A stretch of DNA of 64,000 nucleotides from Bigelowiella natans CCMP2755 (taxonomy: Eukaryota > Protista > Cercozoa), in assembly GCA_000320545.1 (NCBI GenBank), contig ADNK01000503.1:1-64000 (forward strand), written 5' to 3'. Numbering within the stretch: the stretch's first letter is position 1; the number at the start of each line of letters is the position of its first letter. The translations under genes were made by a program, and so were the position numbers. The notes beneath the pieces were generated by a model. It ran no database searches, had not been told where the DNA came from, and saw only the letters and a program-made list of their open reading frames with translations. Below are positions 13,121-27,305 of this stretch, in pieces.

Positions 13121-14176
13121 ATCACATTCTTCATATTGCTAGTCAACACTGAAAATACCATCCGAAGATCCCATCTTGACATTGATCGACATGTGTTGAA
13201 GTTGTGCATGTATCTCTTTTTAGACCTTGCAGATGTGCACGTATTATGCTTAGAATGTCCAGTTAATCAAAGAAGACGATGCCGTGGACCATTTCGACGG
13301 CATTGACGAACATGCGCTGCGTCCATATTCACAATTTAGCAATGCGGCATTTATGTTATCGTAATGCTAATTTTTATTGAGTTGTGCACTGTTGTGGCAT
13401 CTATGTATGTTGTGGCTCGGCGTGAAGCCTAAAGACGACACATTGGGCCCATCTAGCCATGCATGGCTGGCTAGCTAGATGGCAGCGCACGCGCTACAGA
13501 CGAACATCTGTGTCTCTAGGCCTAGCTAGCTAGCAGAGCTGTGCACGTGCGTGCGTTTTGCGTGTACCAAAACTAGAATTACCTCCGGGACATCATGTTT
13601 CACGTCGTAGGCTCCAAGACGAGTTGGTGTTCTCTTTTGGAAAGTAAGCTAAAGAGTCTAGAGAGTACTGCTAGACTGCCCCATATAACGAGTCTGTCGT
13701 CGCTTTACTCAATCTAGCAATGTGCATTTTCATACTATTCGCCGCTATTTATTGAGATCATTACCATTCACCTTCTCCCAAATTTATTAAGTTATCAATC
13801 ATACGCGCTGTAGATTCCTCCCTGAAGAATTAACAAATTACTCTAGCATGAGACCCGTCATAAATTCAGAGTGCGATCTTAACGTCTAACCTCATCTCGT
13901 CTTCACTACGCTCAGAGCGGCGTCTGGTTGCCAACTTAAAGAACCTAGTAGGTTTAGCAGTAAGTTTAGCTCGCTCTCAATTATAAATCGAATAAGATTA
14001 ACTTCAAATATCATCTCTTCAGTTTTGCCCTACTCACCTTGTATATTGCTTTGTCAGGATACACAACAATTGCTCCTGTCATACAAAGTAAATAAATAAA
14101 TAAATATATATATATATATGGTAAAGTTTTTTTATCTCATTAGAATTTTCTGGTTAAAGGTGACGACGACTAAATT

Positions 14177-17100
14177 TTAAGGCAGCCCTCCCCTCCCCCC
14201 CGGAGATGATTGTGGTGTCACAAAGACTGGTGTTCTTTCACTAGTTGTCATCTCAAAGGTGTGCAGGCGATGGAGCTTACCTGAGGCCTCCGCAACAAGG
14301 TGTGAGACATCGGAACAACCTGCAATAAGGTTTAGAATCGTTCACCGTACTTTAGAAGGAAACATTCCTGATATTTCATGCAATGTGCTGATATACTACT
14401 ACTACTACTACTTCTACTACTACTACTACTGCCACATCAAATATCCCTACCTTTACTCCTAAGATATCAGCAGCTCGTAAAGAATAACGATGGTCACTTC
14501 TACTGCTGCTGTTGTTCTTGTTGCTGCTGTTGTTATTCTGGTCGGAGTTACTCCCATCACCATTTGCAGGCTTCTCTTTCACCTCCTCCGCTTCATATAC
14601 GGCCAGGTACTCGAGCCCACTGGTAACGCTTTCGAACGGGTTTTGGTATAGTTTGACTGAAGGAGAGACGACAACAACTATGAGAGGATCACGTACTACT
14701 ACTCGCCCATGTAATAATGTCAATAATCGTATGCAGCACCATCACCAGCAATTACCTTTGCCACTTCCACCGCCACCACAATCAGTACTACTACTGCTAC
14801 TATTGCCACTACGTCAGATAATAATATACTATCAATCAACACCAATTTCTGAGAATCCAGCCAAGCATACGTGGCCCGTATCTGCGGACACCATAAATGC
14901 CTGAAGAATAGGAACCCATGCACAAAGATGATGGTGAGGAGCTCAAGAAGCAAACACGACTATACGCGATGAAGAAGCTGATGAAAACAAAAGGCTCAAG
15001 TGCCACCATCACTATCATCATCATCATCATTTTACCTTACAGTCATTCGTATCCGCTATAACCGCCATTCCTCCATAAGTAGCAACGTGCTTCAGAGCTA
15101 CACCCTATTCCACGACAACTATTAGATTTTTCTGCCAAGTAAAACGAAGCATCGAAATGCATGGGAATACTGCGAGTAAAGTATCACCTTGGATGTGACT
15201 GAGATTTGGTACATATTGATAGAATTGTCCCACTCCATACCGAGTACGCCGCTGTTTGTGTATGTTTGTGTATGTTTGTGTCTGTGTGTGTGTGCGTGCT
15301 CGCGCCCATTCGATATGTAATACAAACAGGAAAAGGATGGTCGTTATAACCAAGCTATTACACCCTGACACAAAACATGAAATTGAGGATGGATACTAAC
15401 AAAATGACGACGACGACGACGATGATGATGCTGGCAAAGTAATAGCTAGATGTAATGCACGTACAATCCTGCTAATAAGGTTAAGTCCGGATCCATTGTC
15501 CCCACGCATCGTCCTTTCCAAATTTTGAAACGAATATTAAGTATCTACCATTCGAGGTGAGGTTTCATAATAAAAGCATGAAGTTCAACTGCATGCACCC
15601 GCTAATATAAAAAAACAACAGCAGAAGGAAAGCTATAATAGTTTTTGGATTTACTCGTGAGTGACCTGTCATTGCAAACTCATACTGGTAGGTCGTCCTT
15701 CCATCCACATTGAACAGCTGAAAAATAGAGATTTACAGGAGGAAGAAGAACTGGAACAACTACTAGGCTATTTCCCGTATAATTCGTCAAAAGATGGCAT
15801 CGTCGCTGCTCAGCAGCGCAACTCTGTGTGTGTGCGTGTTTGCTATGTGGTTGTTATTACACTGAGAAAAGTTTCCTTCTCCTGCTCGTTGCTATGAGGA
15901 TATCGGAAGGCCTGTTGTTAGGAGGGTAAATAGAAACACATGCCACTGCTTAATGAGGAGAGCGGGACAACGAATGTAAAACCGTGCTTCACAAACAAAA
16001 CAATGGTCACTAGGTACATGTTCCATATGAGGGCTCTCCAAGCGATCTGAGTCAGACGAGTAGGGAAAGTTGGCGACTATAATAAGCTGCAGCATGCTGG
16101 ATGGCGCGATAGGAACCCCATCCACGGCGAGAAAGGCTATGTGCTATTCGTAGTTTTGATGAAGAAGAAAACAACAGTCTTAAGTTAAAGGGTTTTTTAG
16201 AAGGCATCATATGAATGAAAACTGGATGAGAATGTGAAGGGAAGGAACTCATATAATCGACGGTCTTGGCTTAGATTGGAACTTCATTTGAAAATTACAT
16301 ACTACACATACCGCTATAGTACCCGTTCTATGCAATGTAAAAGAAGAGAGAGGTGGATGTATTTTGGATATAACGATAAATCGGATAGTCACAACACAAC
16401 GGCTGTGTTGTGGTTGTCGTTGTTGTTGTTGACCTGCGGCCCTGGAGTAGCCTCCGAGTCAAAATGGCTCGAGAACAATCTTTCAACGTTTTCGATTTCA
16501 TATGATATCCTCGTCTCATGGTTACTTTCCTTCTCTTCTTCATCGTCCTCGCCCCCCCCCGCTACTGTTTCGCTATGATGGTCGTCATCGCTGGGGCGGG
16601 TGAGAGTAACTAAAGTAATAACAGATTTGCGGAGGCATTTCGGCCGTTTGGTATACAGAGGAGACCCGACTGACATATGAAGTATCAATGTGAGGGGAAG
16701 GAGAGAGAAACCACTTCGATCAGATATATCAATTCATGCTTGGTAATATGTGATGATACTGCAATTTGAGACATATCAACACCACACAGGGATAGCTTGT
16801 TGCGAGCCAAGCACTCCATTATGGCAGCAGTAGTAGTACCTTGGTTGACCTGTGTGGTGTATGGGAGCTGTGCAGTCGCTGCTGCTGCTGCTGCTGCTGC
16901 ACCTTGTTCTTTTTCTAGGTGGAGATGATCATCGGCTGAGTGGTTACTAGATACTTGATTTCGTTCATGCACTTTTTGTCCGTCATACTCTACTTCATCC
17001 AAGTCATCACCGCCTACGTGTACATTGCTATCTTCTACAGGAGGATCGATGTCGGACGAGCAACGCTGCTGTGTCTTAGCTCGTTTATCATAGTTGGAAG

Positions 17101-19237
17101 AGGAGGAGGAGGAGGAGGAGGAGGAGGAGGAGGAGGAAGAACTATTTTGGTGGTTAGAGGAAGCATTGCTGCTTCGTATGATGCTGCTGTCAATCATCGC
17201 CGCAAGAGAAGTGTTATGGTCAGCATTGTATTTTTCCAAGTCTTTCTGCATTTCCATGGCTGCCTTTCTCTCCTCCTCCTCCATCTCCAGCGTCTCGTGG
17301 TAAAGGTGAGCCTGAGTGTGATACGTCAGGAGAACTCGTATCATAGCAATTGGAAGAAATCCACAGCACAAGACTTTTTTATCATCATCATAGATATTAT
17401 CTAAATGTCGTCGTCGTCGTCATCATCATCATCATCTTCACGGAGGATGTATCAGCAGCAAAGCGCAATTTAAACCAGCATCCACGGAAATAATTAATGC
17501 ATTTGTCATAATATTATCCTCCTCCTCCTCCTCCTCCTCCTCATTTATCACACGTAGATACCTGCCTCGGGTTCAAATAGGAGTTTAACGTTACGATCTT
17601 CGTGTCGACCTGAGTTGTTGTTACATTCACAAAACATCATACTTTGCTGGGCCGATGTCCTGCAGCTGCTCAAACAGCCCCCCCCCCCCCACCCCCCCCC
17701 CTTTTCCGGCCCCCTTTTGGTTCCTCAGTCCAAGTTTCCGTCCCTGACTGGAAGGGGAATTGGACATTTCCCTTTTCCCAAAGGCCCTCACAACTAACCC
17801 AGGGGAAACCCTCTGACTCCGAATTTAAAATTGGTTGGAACCGGAAAAGGGGAAAAAAAAAAATAGAAAAGAAATCCCTGGAAATTTGGAAAATGAACAT
17901 TAAATTCCCTTTAAAAACCGGGGGAAGTTGTCGTCAAAAAACAGCTTTCTTTCGAATGGATCCAAGACCTTTCAGATGAGCATAATAGCATTTTATTGTA
18001 GTACAAAGAATCAACCCAAGGAGTGTGAGTGCCTTTCTCCACGATCGATTTCTTCTTCTCCCCCCCCTCCACCTCTTTTATTTCTGTGTTTTTCCATGAT
18101 CATCAGCCTTATCTTGTTTTCTCTCTCTTCTTCATCTTGCTACCTATCCTCAATATGTCTACTACCTGTAGCCTTCCCTCCCCCCTTGAGACGACCAAAT
18201 ACTTGCCTTGGTGACATAAGCATATCAAATACAGTATGACCATCTCGCTAAATTACGACGTTTATTTTACCCTTTGCACGCAGGTATTGTTGTTGTTGTT
18301 ATTGTTGTTGTCGTTGTTGTTGTTGTTGTGTTGTTCTTTTCCGCCGATGATCAGACAATAGAGCATACGTAGTGTTTGGCGGTTCATCCTACCTGCGCTT
18401 GTCATACCCAAAGCTTCACCGTGCTCCAGATTCTTCGTCGATTGCAGCAGCAGCAATATTAAACAAGAAGCAAGAAACAAAAACATGTCAAAGACAGCAC
18501 TGATAGTGGCAGTACTCGATACGTCATATATCGTAGACAAAACCTCTCCTTCCTCTCCTCCATGCATTGGAACGTCATCATCCGGTGCTTGATGATCGCG
18601 CCCTGCTGCTGTGTTTTCTCTTTCTTCTTCCCCTTCTTGTGGGGTGAAGAAATCGTCCGAAAACCTGAACATTATCCTCTTCTCCCCTAGTCTGAGGACC
18701 AGAGCGACGAGGAGGACAAAGAAAATGAAGAAGATAATGACGACGTTGCCAATAATGAAGAGTGAAAAGAGAATAACTTAAAATTAGAAGGACCAGAGTC
18801 ACACATCGCAGTCATTACATCGAATTTTTCGTCGTCATTATATGCATACATATGTATAGTAATGTTAAAATGAAAGTAGAATGATGTTGGTTAATGTCTT
18901 GAAGTCCTGCTGCATCATCAGCACAATCAGGATGAGGACTCAACCTGTACACGCCGCGACGATCGACGTAGTAGAAGCTACGGTAGTCAACTAAGGTGAT
19001 GATATTTATTTATATGTTTATTTATTTATCGATTGTACATTGAAGCAACATCATTCATTTGCCATGATCGTAACTAGCAGTCGCTCGCCCCCAACTCCCC
19101 TTTATTTTCCTCCTCCTCTTCTCCTCGTTGCGACATAAGAAGGTAGCAGTGGCAAAGGTAGTGGGTAGACCCTCGGTCATGTCGAGTTGGTAAGGGACGA
19201 ATGTCATATGGTTTAGCATAGCCTATATAGGTGATGG

Positions 19238-19268
<31 letters not shown>

Positions 19269-20509
19269 TACAGTGAGGATGATAAAGATGATGATGATCA
19301 TGAAGATGATGATAACAAAAGATTGTGAAGTTGCATTTTGGGCTACCCTTCGGAACATAGAGTGATAGGCGGTGCTCTTTGCCGGTGTACTGTCGGCTGC
19401 TAAAACTTTGTGCGGCAGATTTATGTCCCTAACCAAGGAATGATACGACGACAAGTATGATGACATTGCTGCAAGATGTATATTATATGTGCATTATGAG
19501 TGAGATTGATATTGTGTGTAAAGGCACTAGGGAATGAGAAATGATAATATTTATGTGTATAAAGGCATGAGCTTTCCCTTTATCTTTTGAGAGTAAAACC
19601 GCCCCTCCTTCTACAAGATATAGTGAGATCTTTCTTCTGCCTTACCCCAATATTTCTGCAAAGGAGGCATTATCCTCGCACCGCTGGTAACTGTGTTATT
19701 GAAGTGTTGTGAAACAAAGGCTGTATACTTTTGCACAATACTGTATTGTCCTCCAAGAACAATGGTAATAATAAGAATTCATACCATCGGAAATCGAAAT
19801 GCCCTAGGTCTGGGCTCCTAGGAGGACTCCACACACCGTACTTTTCCGACTTTACTGATCTCCTGGTGTTGTTGTTGTTTGTGGTCAGCTTCTTCTTAAA
19901 ACATGAAAAGCTAATTCTCGCAGATTATTCTGTCAAAAAATGAACACCCAGAGGAGGAGGAGGAGGAGGAGGAGGGATTGGTTGTTATCCATTGTTCTTC
20001 TCACCCTTTACGTATTAGGCGTAGCTTATCTATGAGGGATCCAGGTGTTGGCGGAGGAGTGCTAGTATGTTCAAGCGATGGTGATGAAGGGGCAGCAGCA
20101 GCACCTAGTGTGAAGATAATGTTCATGATAATGCCGATGGTAGCAGACCAGTAAATTGAAACCAAAATTAGCACAAGATTGCATGAAAATGAACACAGAT
20201 GATGTTGGAATACGCACCGCCGCGGAAAAACTTAATCCGGTCGAATGCCGACACTGAGCTTGATAATGAACTTCTGATCGGTTTCGCTCTGTGCCTCTTC
20301 CACCACCGTTCGGATTGTGTAGTCTGGTCCACGCCCCGAAGAATGAAGAGGTGCAACAAGCTTACTGCCACGAGCAGCTTGAGCGCTACGTGGAGCTTCA
20401 GACGTCGACGCCATCTATCATGATGCTCATGTCGGAACTCATGTTGAGATCGATGAGTCAAGTGTTCGTTTAGGATGCTGCCTTCCCCATCATCAGCATA
20501 AATCTCCAT
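14177..20509 (-). CDS. Large multi-exon hypothetical protein with N-terminal hydrophobic segment (may be more than one gene)
   Basis: Starts MEIYADD, then hydrophobic KLHVALKLLVAVSLLHLFIL. Many splice-bounded exons with Ser/Asn/Glu low-complexity runs (ORFs 16685-17371, 16389-16688, 18262-18672, 14376-14723). No family recognised. Confidence 0.5.
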
Positions 20510-20899
20510 CGTCGACGCTGAGAGGGGGCGGCAGCCTGGGCCGACGACGGCTCTACTCGTATCTTCCGAGGGAAAAATGTGGAAAGCACCATGAATTTTT
20601 CTTCTGCGACATGAAACATAGGTGATAAGTGCGTGTCGCACCATATGAAAACGGTTGTCTTTCTATGTCGCAACTTGTCAACGGCCTTTTCAATGTTCTT
20701 TCACATTCCTGACCGCTGCCTCCTAAGAGAGGAGGACTGACAACATACGTATCAAAGCGCCCCATGAAACGATAGTAGTGACACAATGTCACAGGCACAA
20801 CGCGTAAACGGTGAAGATCGTCCTAAAAAGCTCCCCGCCGATAGAAAAAGCGGCGGAATTCCGGATGAGTTCTGGCTGGTGGTGGACAGGTCACCACAT

Positions 20900-22012
20900 A
20901 TGCTATCCGAAATGAATAATGATGATAGCTGTATTATCACGTAACAGTCGCTGTAACACTTCCCGTTTCCAGGGGGAAAACTACATTCACAAAATCAAGC
21001 TATTCAATTTCGAATGAGTTTGTAGAATTGATCGTTGTTGGCTATTTGTCTGCAGAACCTCTTGTCTGCCTCTCTTCGTGCCTTGGTCACGACGCTACAG
21101 CAAACTCTAGCATTACTTCGCCTTCTTGGAGGCGCGGAGAGAGTGGGAATAATGATGTTCGCTGACTATGGCAAGACCCTTAAAATAGGCCATATTGCAC
21201 ATGCAGATGAAGGCGGCGTAGTGTACTGCGAGCCTTCTGATTCATACACGCAAAAGGTTCAATTCATTCAAGATTATGCCTTTCCCACGGGTTCTCAATC
21301 AATTCAAGAAGCGCATTTAACAGCCTTCAACATTTTCCACGACCGCCTTCAGTCGAGGAATAGGTAAGCTCTTTTCCAAGTATATTCAAGTTGCAGAATC
21401 GTAATATCTGCTATATTGTTGGGAATCAGAGCCTTCGCCGTCCTTCTATGCATACCTTCCTTTTTTTCTCATTCAAAAAAAGAATCCTGAGAGAAGAGGC
21501 GTTCTGTCCGTCATGCAAGCTGTCGAACTCGTTATGATGATCGAGTTTATGCTTGTGATGTTTTTGAATGTGTGGGACTATGTAACAGCCGCGCGATCAT
21601 CCTGCACTACACCCGATGCGCCACCGCATTTGAGGATGATTTTCAAGAATGGCAAGCGTAACTTGGACGGATTCGCAGAGAAAGAATTCCTTGAGAAAAA
21701 GGGCTATGAGACAGATTGGCAGCAACTTTGTAGCAAATTCCATGCTGTCGGTCATCGAGTAGTTACGATCATGATGAACATGAAGAAAGACTTTAAGCCT
21801 ATCTTCGGTAGGTCGCTATTATAATTATTATTATTATCTTCGATACTACTGTTGATGATTTCTCTTGCGCGGTTGGTAGTAGACAAATGAGGAATATGCA
21901 TTCCATATCTCAAAACATAGCATTAAACCTGACACGTACTGTATTTTGTGTAGTACAGTAAATATACATACCGAGCGCACCAACACGCACAAACACATAA
22001 CTATGCACTTAT

Positions 22013-22044
<32 letters not shown>

Positions 22045-23252
22045 ACACACCCCATATATTCATATGCCTTTTGCCGCGCACAACGCTGGTTTATAGCGCA
22101 AACATCTTTCTCCTCCTCATCATCATGATTGTTAGGATTCATGGGAGAGGTGCTCGATCTAGGGACCACACAGAACTCTCGATTTGTTACGGAGAATTCC
22201 ATGGCTCTTCTGTTACGCCTCATCGGCGCGAAGACTGCCATCAAGCAGATGTTCTGGTCCTTACAACAGGCCGAGAACAACGGTGACGATGGCATCGAAG
22301 AGGAAGAGGAAGAGGAAGAGGATAAAACTAAGAACACTTCCATGAGCATGGACCAGATGTTAGAGCTTACTATGGCAAGATCGGACACAATAACACCGTA
22401 TTGTGTGTTGAATATGAGAACGATTCTCAAATCCACCTCCCCTGAGATTGTACTAGAGGTTTTCGCCTCGTTACTCACGCCTGAAAACGTCATGTCCCTC
22501 ACAACCAACGAGATATTTGGCAAGTTTTGGCGGCGCATTAATGGTCAGATCAAAGCAATCAAGAAAGATGACTCGGCAGCAAATGGGTGCGTAAGGTGGA
22601 GGAGGAGGAATGTGAGCATAGCACGTGCTGAACTGATATGATAAAAATGAAGATGATGCTGAATCTGCTGATCACGCTTAAAATCTTGAAGAATTTCATC
22701 ACTATCATCATCATCACCACCATCATCATCATCGCCATCACCATCATGGTGGTACTAATCCTTGTCTATAACCCATCGTATCATCAGGGAAGGCAAGTAT
22801 GATAAACAAGTACAGCAGCTTTGCGACTGCATGTCGCGACTGATTCGTATACTACCAAAGGCAGATTCTGATTGCCTCCGGGTTTGGATAGAGAATTCAT
22901 ACAACGAGATATCACGCATTCGTGAGTTACAGGAGGCGAATTGGAAGAATGTAAATCACTGAAAGCTAATCCCCTCCACCAACATGCCATTGTATCGATG
23001 CACTACCATAACATGATGAAGATCATGAGCATGCTCCAACAGTGCTCTTGCTGATACATCGGTCTCCTTTTATGTTCTTCATCTGTAAAAGGCGAAATCG
23101 TTTCTGTTTTTGCCGATTGCGCCTGGATTAGACTATAAGGAAGTCCTGGAAGTGACACGAGGGGCAACAAACTTCAAGCAAATTAATCGATTTATCTCCA
23201 TGATCGACTTAGAGACTGCCGAGAAAACCGATCCCTTCCCGGTTGGTTTCTG

Positions 23253-23313
<61 letters not shown>

Positions 23314-26179
23314 TGCGCGCGCGCGCGCGTGTGTGTTTATAATCGCCGTCAGCATTATCATCATCATCATATCGTCACCACTATCACCACATAATTATCC
23401 TTAATTTATATCATTAAATTCATCAGCACGATGATGATGAAGAGGCAGCAGATTGCATTCCACTTTCGCTCTCAAGCCATTCTGCTCTGTTCGGAATGAT
23501 GGCACATCTGATATCCCCTGGTGTCTTTTTTAGCAAGCGCGGCGCGCTCATCTTGGCAGCATTCGCTCTCAGGTACACACACACAACACACGCGAGGAAT
23601 ATGCTAAGAATATGCTTGTTTTCCATCACAAAATACTCCTCTTCTTGCCCTCCTACTACTGCTATTCCACAACAGAAATAAGCTTCTCGCCTCTCGTGCC
23701 GACATGTTCTTGACCGAGAACAAGGGCAAATGGATTAACTGGGAGACAAAGAAGGACAACTCACCCGTCGCACCACTGAATTGGTAGAATTAGTAGTTGA
23801 AGTGTTATCAATTTTGGTCTGTACATATGCGCGCTCCTGCTGATGTTTGGCATGGAGGACGTACACACTTTGTGCGCTTGCCGCCTTCTTCTATTACCAT
23901 TATTGAAGACCACGGTGCTGCTAATACGTCAGGTCTCCGGGTTTCATTCGCGTGCTACATCTTCTCGATTCAAAGAAGCATCTCACCACAAAAGAAATTG
24001 CATTCCGTGACAAGTTTTCTCAGATCTGTTCTCTTCGTTCGAATGCACGTGCAACTGTCACATTGAATACAGGCAATGTGAAGCCAGGTAATCTTATGAA
24101 GGGGGGGGCTGACTATCGACTTATGTGCGAGCAGTGCAATCTTCCGAGAAGTTTTACCGTCATGGCAGCAGCAGCACAAGGTACCAAGAGTACAGAGGCA
24201 ACAACGACTCCAAAGACGACGAGGAAGTTCGGCATTTGTATCTCCTATCACGCTGATGATGATCCGAAAACAGTCACCGGCAGGTAGCGTCTTTCATAAA
24301 CTAAAACAGCAGTAGCAGCAGCAGCTTTCAAGCATTAATTTCAACACATTTGCCGCCTTTCTGACAACAACAACTAACCACGACCCCGGAGAAATCGTTG
24401 TTTCGCTTGCATAATGAAACGACAACATACTTGGTATCGATACGACGTTTGACTCCGCACTTCTTATTGTCATCATCATTTTTCAGAAAAGATGGCAAGG
24501 CGGATTGGGCTAGCTGTACCCGGTGTAAATCTTGCTACATGGTGACGAATACCAAGGCCCTCAATGTACGCACCAAGTGTCACTTTTGCCGTCTGGGCAT
24601 GACTGGGAGAGGACAGAAAAAATATCCCCCTCATGTGCAGTGCTCGCGTTGTAAACTAAGATTTACGAGCGAAAGCCGCGAGCTTGCACTAGAGGCAATG
24701 AGGGACTTTTTCGAGGATAATAAATTTGTAGCTGTTGGTGCTACTGCTCCTACTGCTTCATCTACTGGTGGTGGTAGAGGAGGAGGAGGGGAAGATAGTG
24801 GAAAGGATGTGAAGCAGCTAGCATCAGTGACGGCAACCAGGAAGACAATAGCGAAGAAGGTGTTAGAGCGGCTGGAGGGGGCAGTGTCAAAATCCGAATT
24901 CCTCTGTCCACATTGTGCGACAGCGCCAACGAACGCTATTGCCGAGAAGGAGATCGAAATCAGAGAGATATTAGAGGAGAATCCATCCCTGAAGTGCATG
25001 TTGCCAGTGGGGCCTTATGACAATATCGTAGCCAACCAGAAGCTCATTCGAATCATCACGACGGTGAGAACCGTCTCGCCAGGCAATGCCTTTACTATCA
25101 TCATAGCATTATGTGGCGTTGAGCGGTACCGACACTGTTAAAGGTCTATATGTTTCACACTTCTGCTTTTATCTGTTTGTTTTTCTCGTGTATTTCGCTC
25201 ATCATTGCAGAAGAACAAAAGAAGGGAAGAGAAGCAGCCAGGACGGCAGAGATTACTGTTGGAGGCGTCACAGTGCTCCAACCAGAGAAGTTACGCGATA
25301 GTGTGCTCAAGCAACTTATTCACGGTAAGTTTGCTCTGGCCTTACAGTCGTAGATTCTATATTATTTTGCAATATAAGCGCGTGCGCACTCACAATTGCA
25401 TAAGTGTTTATAAGACGGCAACGCCGATGATGGTTTTTAACGTCTGAGGTGTGTATGATGACGATTTTGATTTTAGGATCTGGCAGGGCGGAGTGTGGTA
25501 TGTGCTTTGAGGAGGTTCCAGTCTCTATGATAGGGCCTATGTGTGGCCATTGCCCTAATCGATTCTGCCAGAACTGCGCAGAGGCCTGGTAAAAAAGAAA
25601 ATCAGCAGAAAAGAATTCTCCTTGAGTTACATCCATCAACTCATGTCCCTTCTTTTTCGTTCCGTCCTCTCTTATCTCTCCTATGTTAGGTATGGCAACG
25701 TGAAGATTGGTCACATCGTGGCCAGAGCCCATGCCGTGTGCCCGTGCTGTAAGGCGACACCAAAGTATAGAGTGATGCGGCGCGCGAGTAAGGTGCTCAT
25801 CTCGATACGTAATCGGGCGAAGTACGACTGGGACGCCAAATACCACCATGCCCTTTGCTCGAAGTGCTTGCGTTTATCCAAGGTCGTTGCCCGTGAGTGC
25901 GCGCGCGCGCCTCCCACACTGGATGCATTTGTGTGTTTGAGCTGCAAGGAAGAAGCTGAAGAGAAAAGAGACAAAGATTTTATGGCTAAATTGAAGGCAA
26001 TGAAGACGTGTCCGGCATGTAAAACCCGCACAGAGAAGATCGACGGTTGCAACCATATCAGCTGTCCCTGCAGCGAGCACTGGTGCTATGCTTGTGGGGA
26101 AGGCTTTGGTAGTGACGTCGAATCAGTTTATGAACACATGGATATCGAGCACGGAGGTATATATTATAATAATGACTGA
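20900..26179 (+). CDS. vWA-like N-terminus, Cys-rich middle and C-terminal RBR/Ariadne-type RING E3 ligase
   Basis: N-terminal VGIMMFADY...DAPPH...ETDW. Central CTRCKSCYMV..LNVRTKCHFCR. RING1 CGMCFEE..CGHC..FCQNC...CPCCK. Rcat/RING2 CPACKTRTEKIDGCNHISCPCSEHWCYAC with catalytic GCNH. Start approximate. Confidence 0.8.
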
Positions 26180-26433
26180 TAATCATAATGTACACATTAT
26201 GCGTACAGTGGTGAATACTACTGGGATGTATGCTTCAATAACAGTGCATGATCACTAGATCATACGATGGATGCGACGATGATTATTTTATGCTGTAGAA
26301 CATTCTGATTCGATCTAGCGATGTCCAGTCATCTACACGTTTCGATTGTTGGATTGGGCGCATAATACTAGCCATACATTTGATTGCATGAAACACATCA
26401 TAACGGAGACCAACAGATCTAGAGATTTATATT

Positions 26434-26681
26434 AGCGCTGTAGCCGTATAGCCGCTGCATTGCACAGCTACATGAGGATGACCATTTAACAAATGTAATT
26501 GATCAATTACATCCGTCTTACATGTGCATCACAACAGAAACGAATGTGCACAATTTGAGCCCTGCTAGCCTGCTAGCCTGTGCATGCTAGCATGGCCACT
26601 GCATAAATGGCATTGCTAGCTACATCAGGATGACTATCTAGCTATTGATCAAATTTTAATTAACCATTTCATCCGACTCAT
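26434..26681 (+). repeat. Two copies of the spacer repeat (cores 26467-26523 and 26619-26681)
   Basis: GCTACATGAGGATGACCATT...TTACATCCGTCTTACAT and GCTACATCAGGATGACTAT[CTAGCTAT]TGA...CATCCGACTCAT. Confidence 0.8.
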
Positions 26682-27305
26682 TTCAAATGTAGATGTATCT
26701 AATTCATCCAAATGCATGAAAGCTGTGCTGTGATGCGCATTCTAGCTGCAGCTAGAACGTGTGCATGACGCATGCTAGCATGCATGATGAGATCGTGCAC
26801 ATCTAGACGTGCTAGCATGTACGTGGGAGACATGCATGCCAGTGTGGCTCAGATGTTGTGCTGGCATGCACTGTGACCATCTAGCTATATGTGCATTGAC
26901 CAGAGCAAAAGGGGCCAATTATCATCGTTGAGACTAGCAAATAGCGCCATCATTTTGCAGTAGTAGTGGTGACATAATGCATCTCGTCATCTTCAATAAC
27001 AATCAAATTTTTCAAGAATGGTCGCACAAGAGCATTGTCTCGGCGCTCGTCCATGTATCTTGCAGCATTGAATAACCCTCTCAAGCATGTCACTCACATT
27101 GGGAACATGGTATTTATGAATTCTGTGCTCAGAAGTAGACCATCCTGCGTGCTTCTCCTCATGAAGACGAAACGCTGTTGTAGTCAGCGCGACCATGGAT
27201 TGATCAAAGATGAGTGATTACGAGTACTACTTTCGTGTATTATCGAGACTGGAATCCAATTTAGAACCAAAGGGCACTTATTCCTTAAGCGGCACTTGCT
27301 GCTGT

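Noticed and set aside
17676-17970. Homopolymer-rich stretch with ORFs 17644-17979 and 17670-17900
   Set aside because: It begins right after a poly-C run and looks like sequencing stutter or low-quality consensus inside the minus-strand gene.
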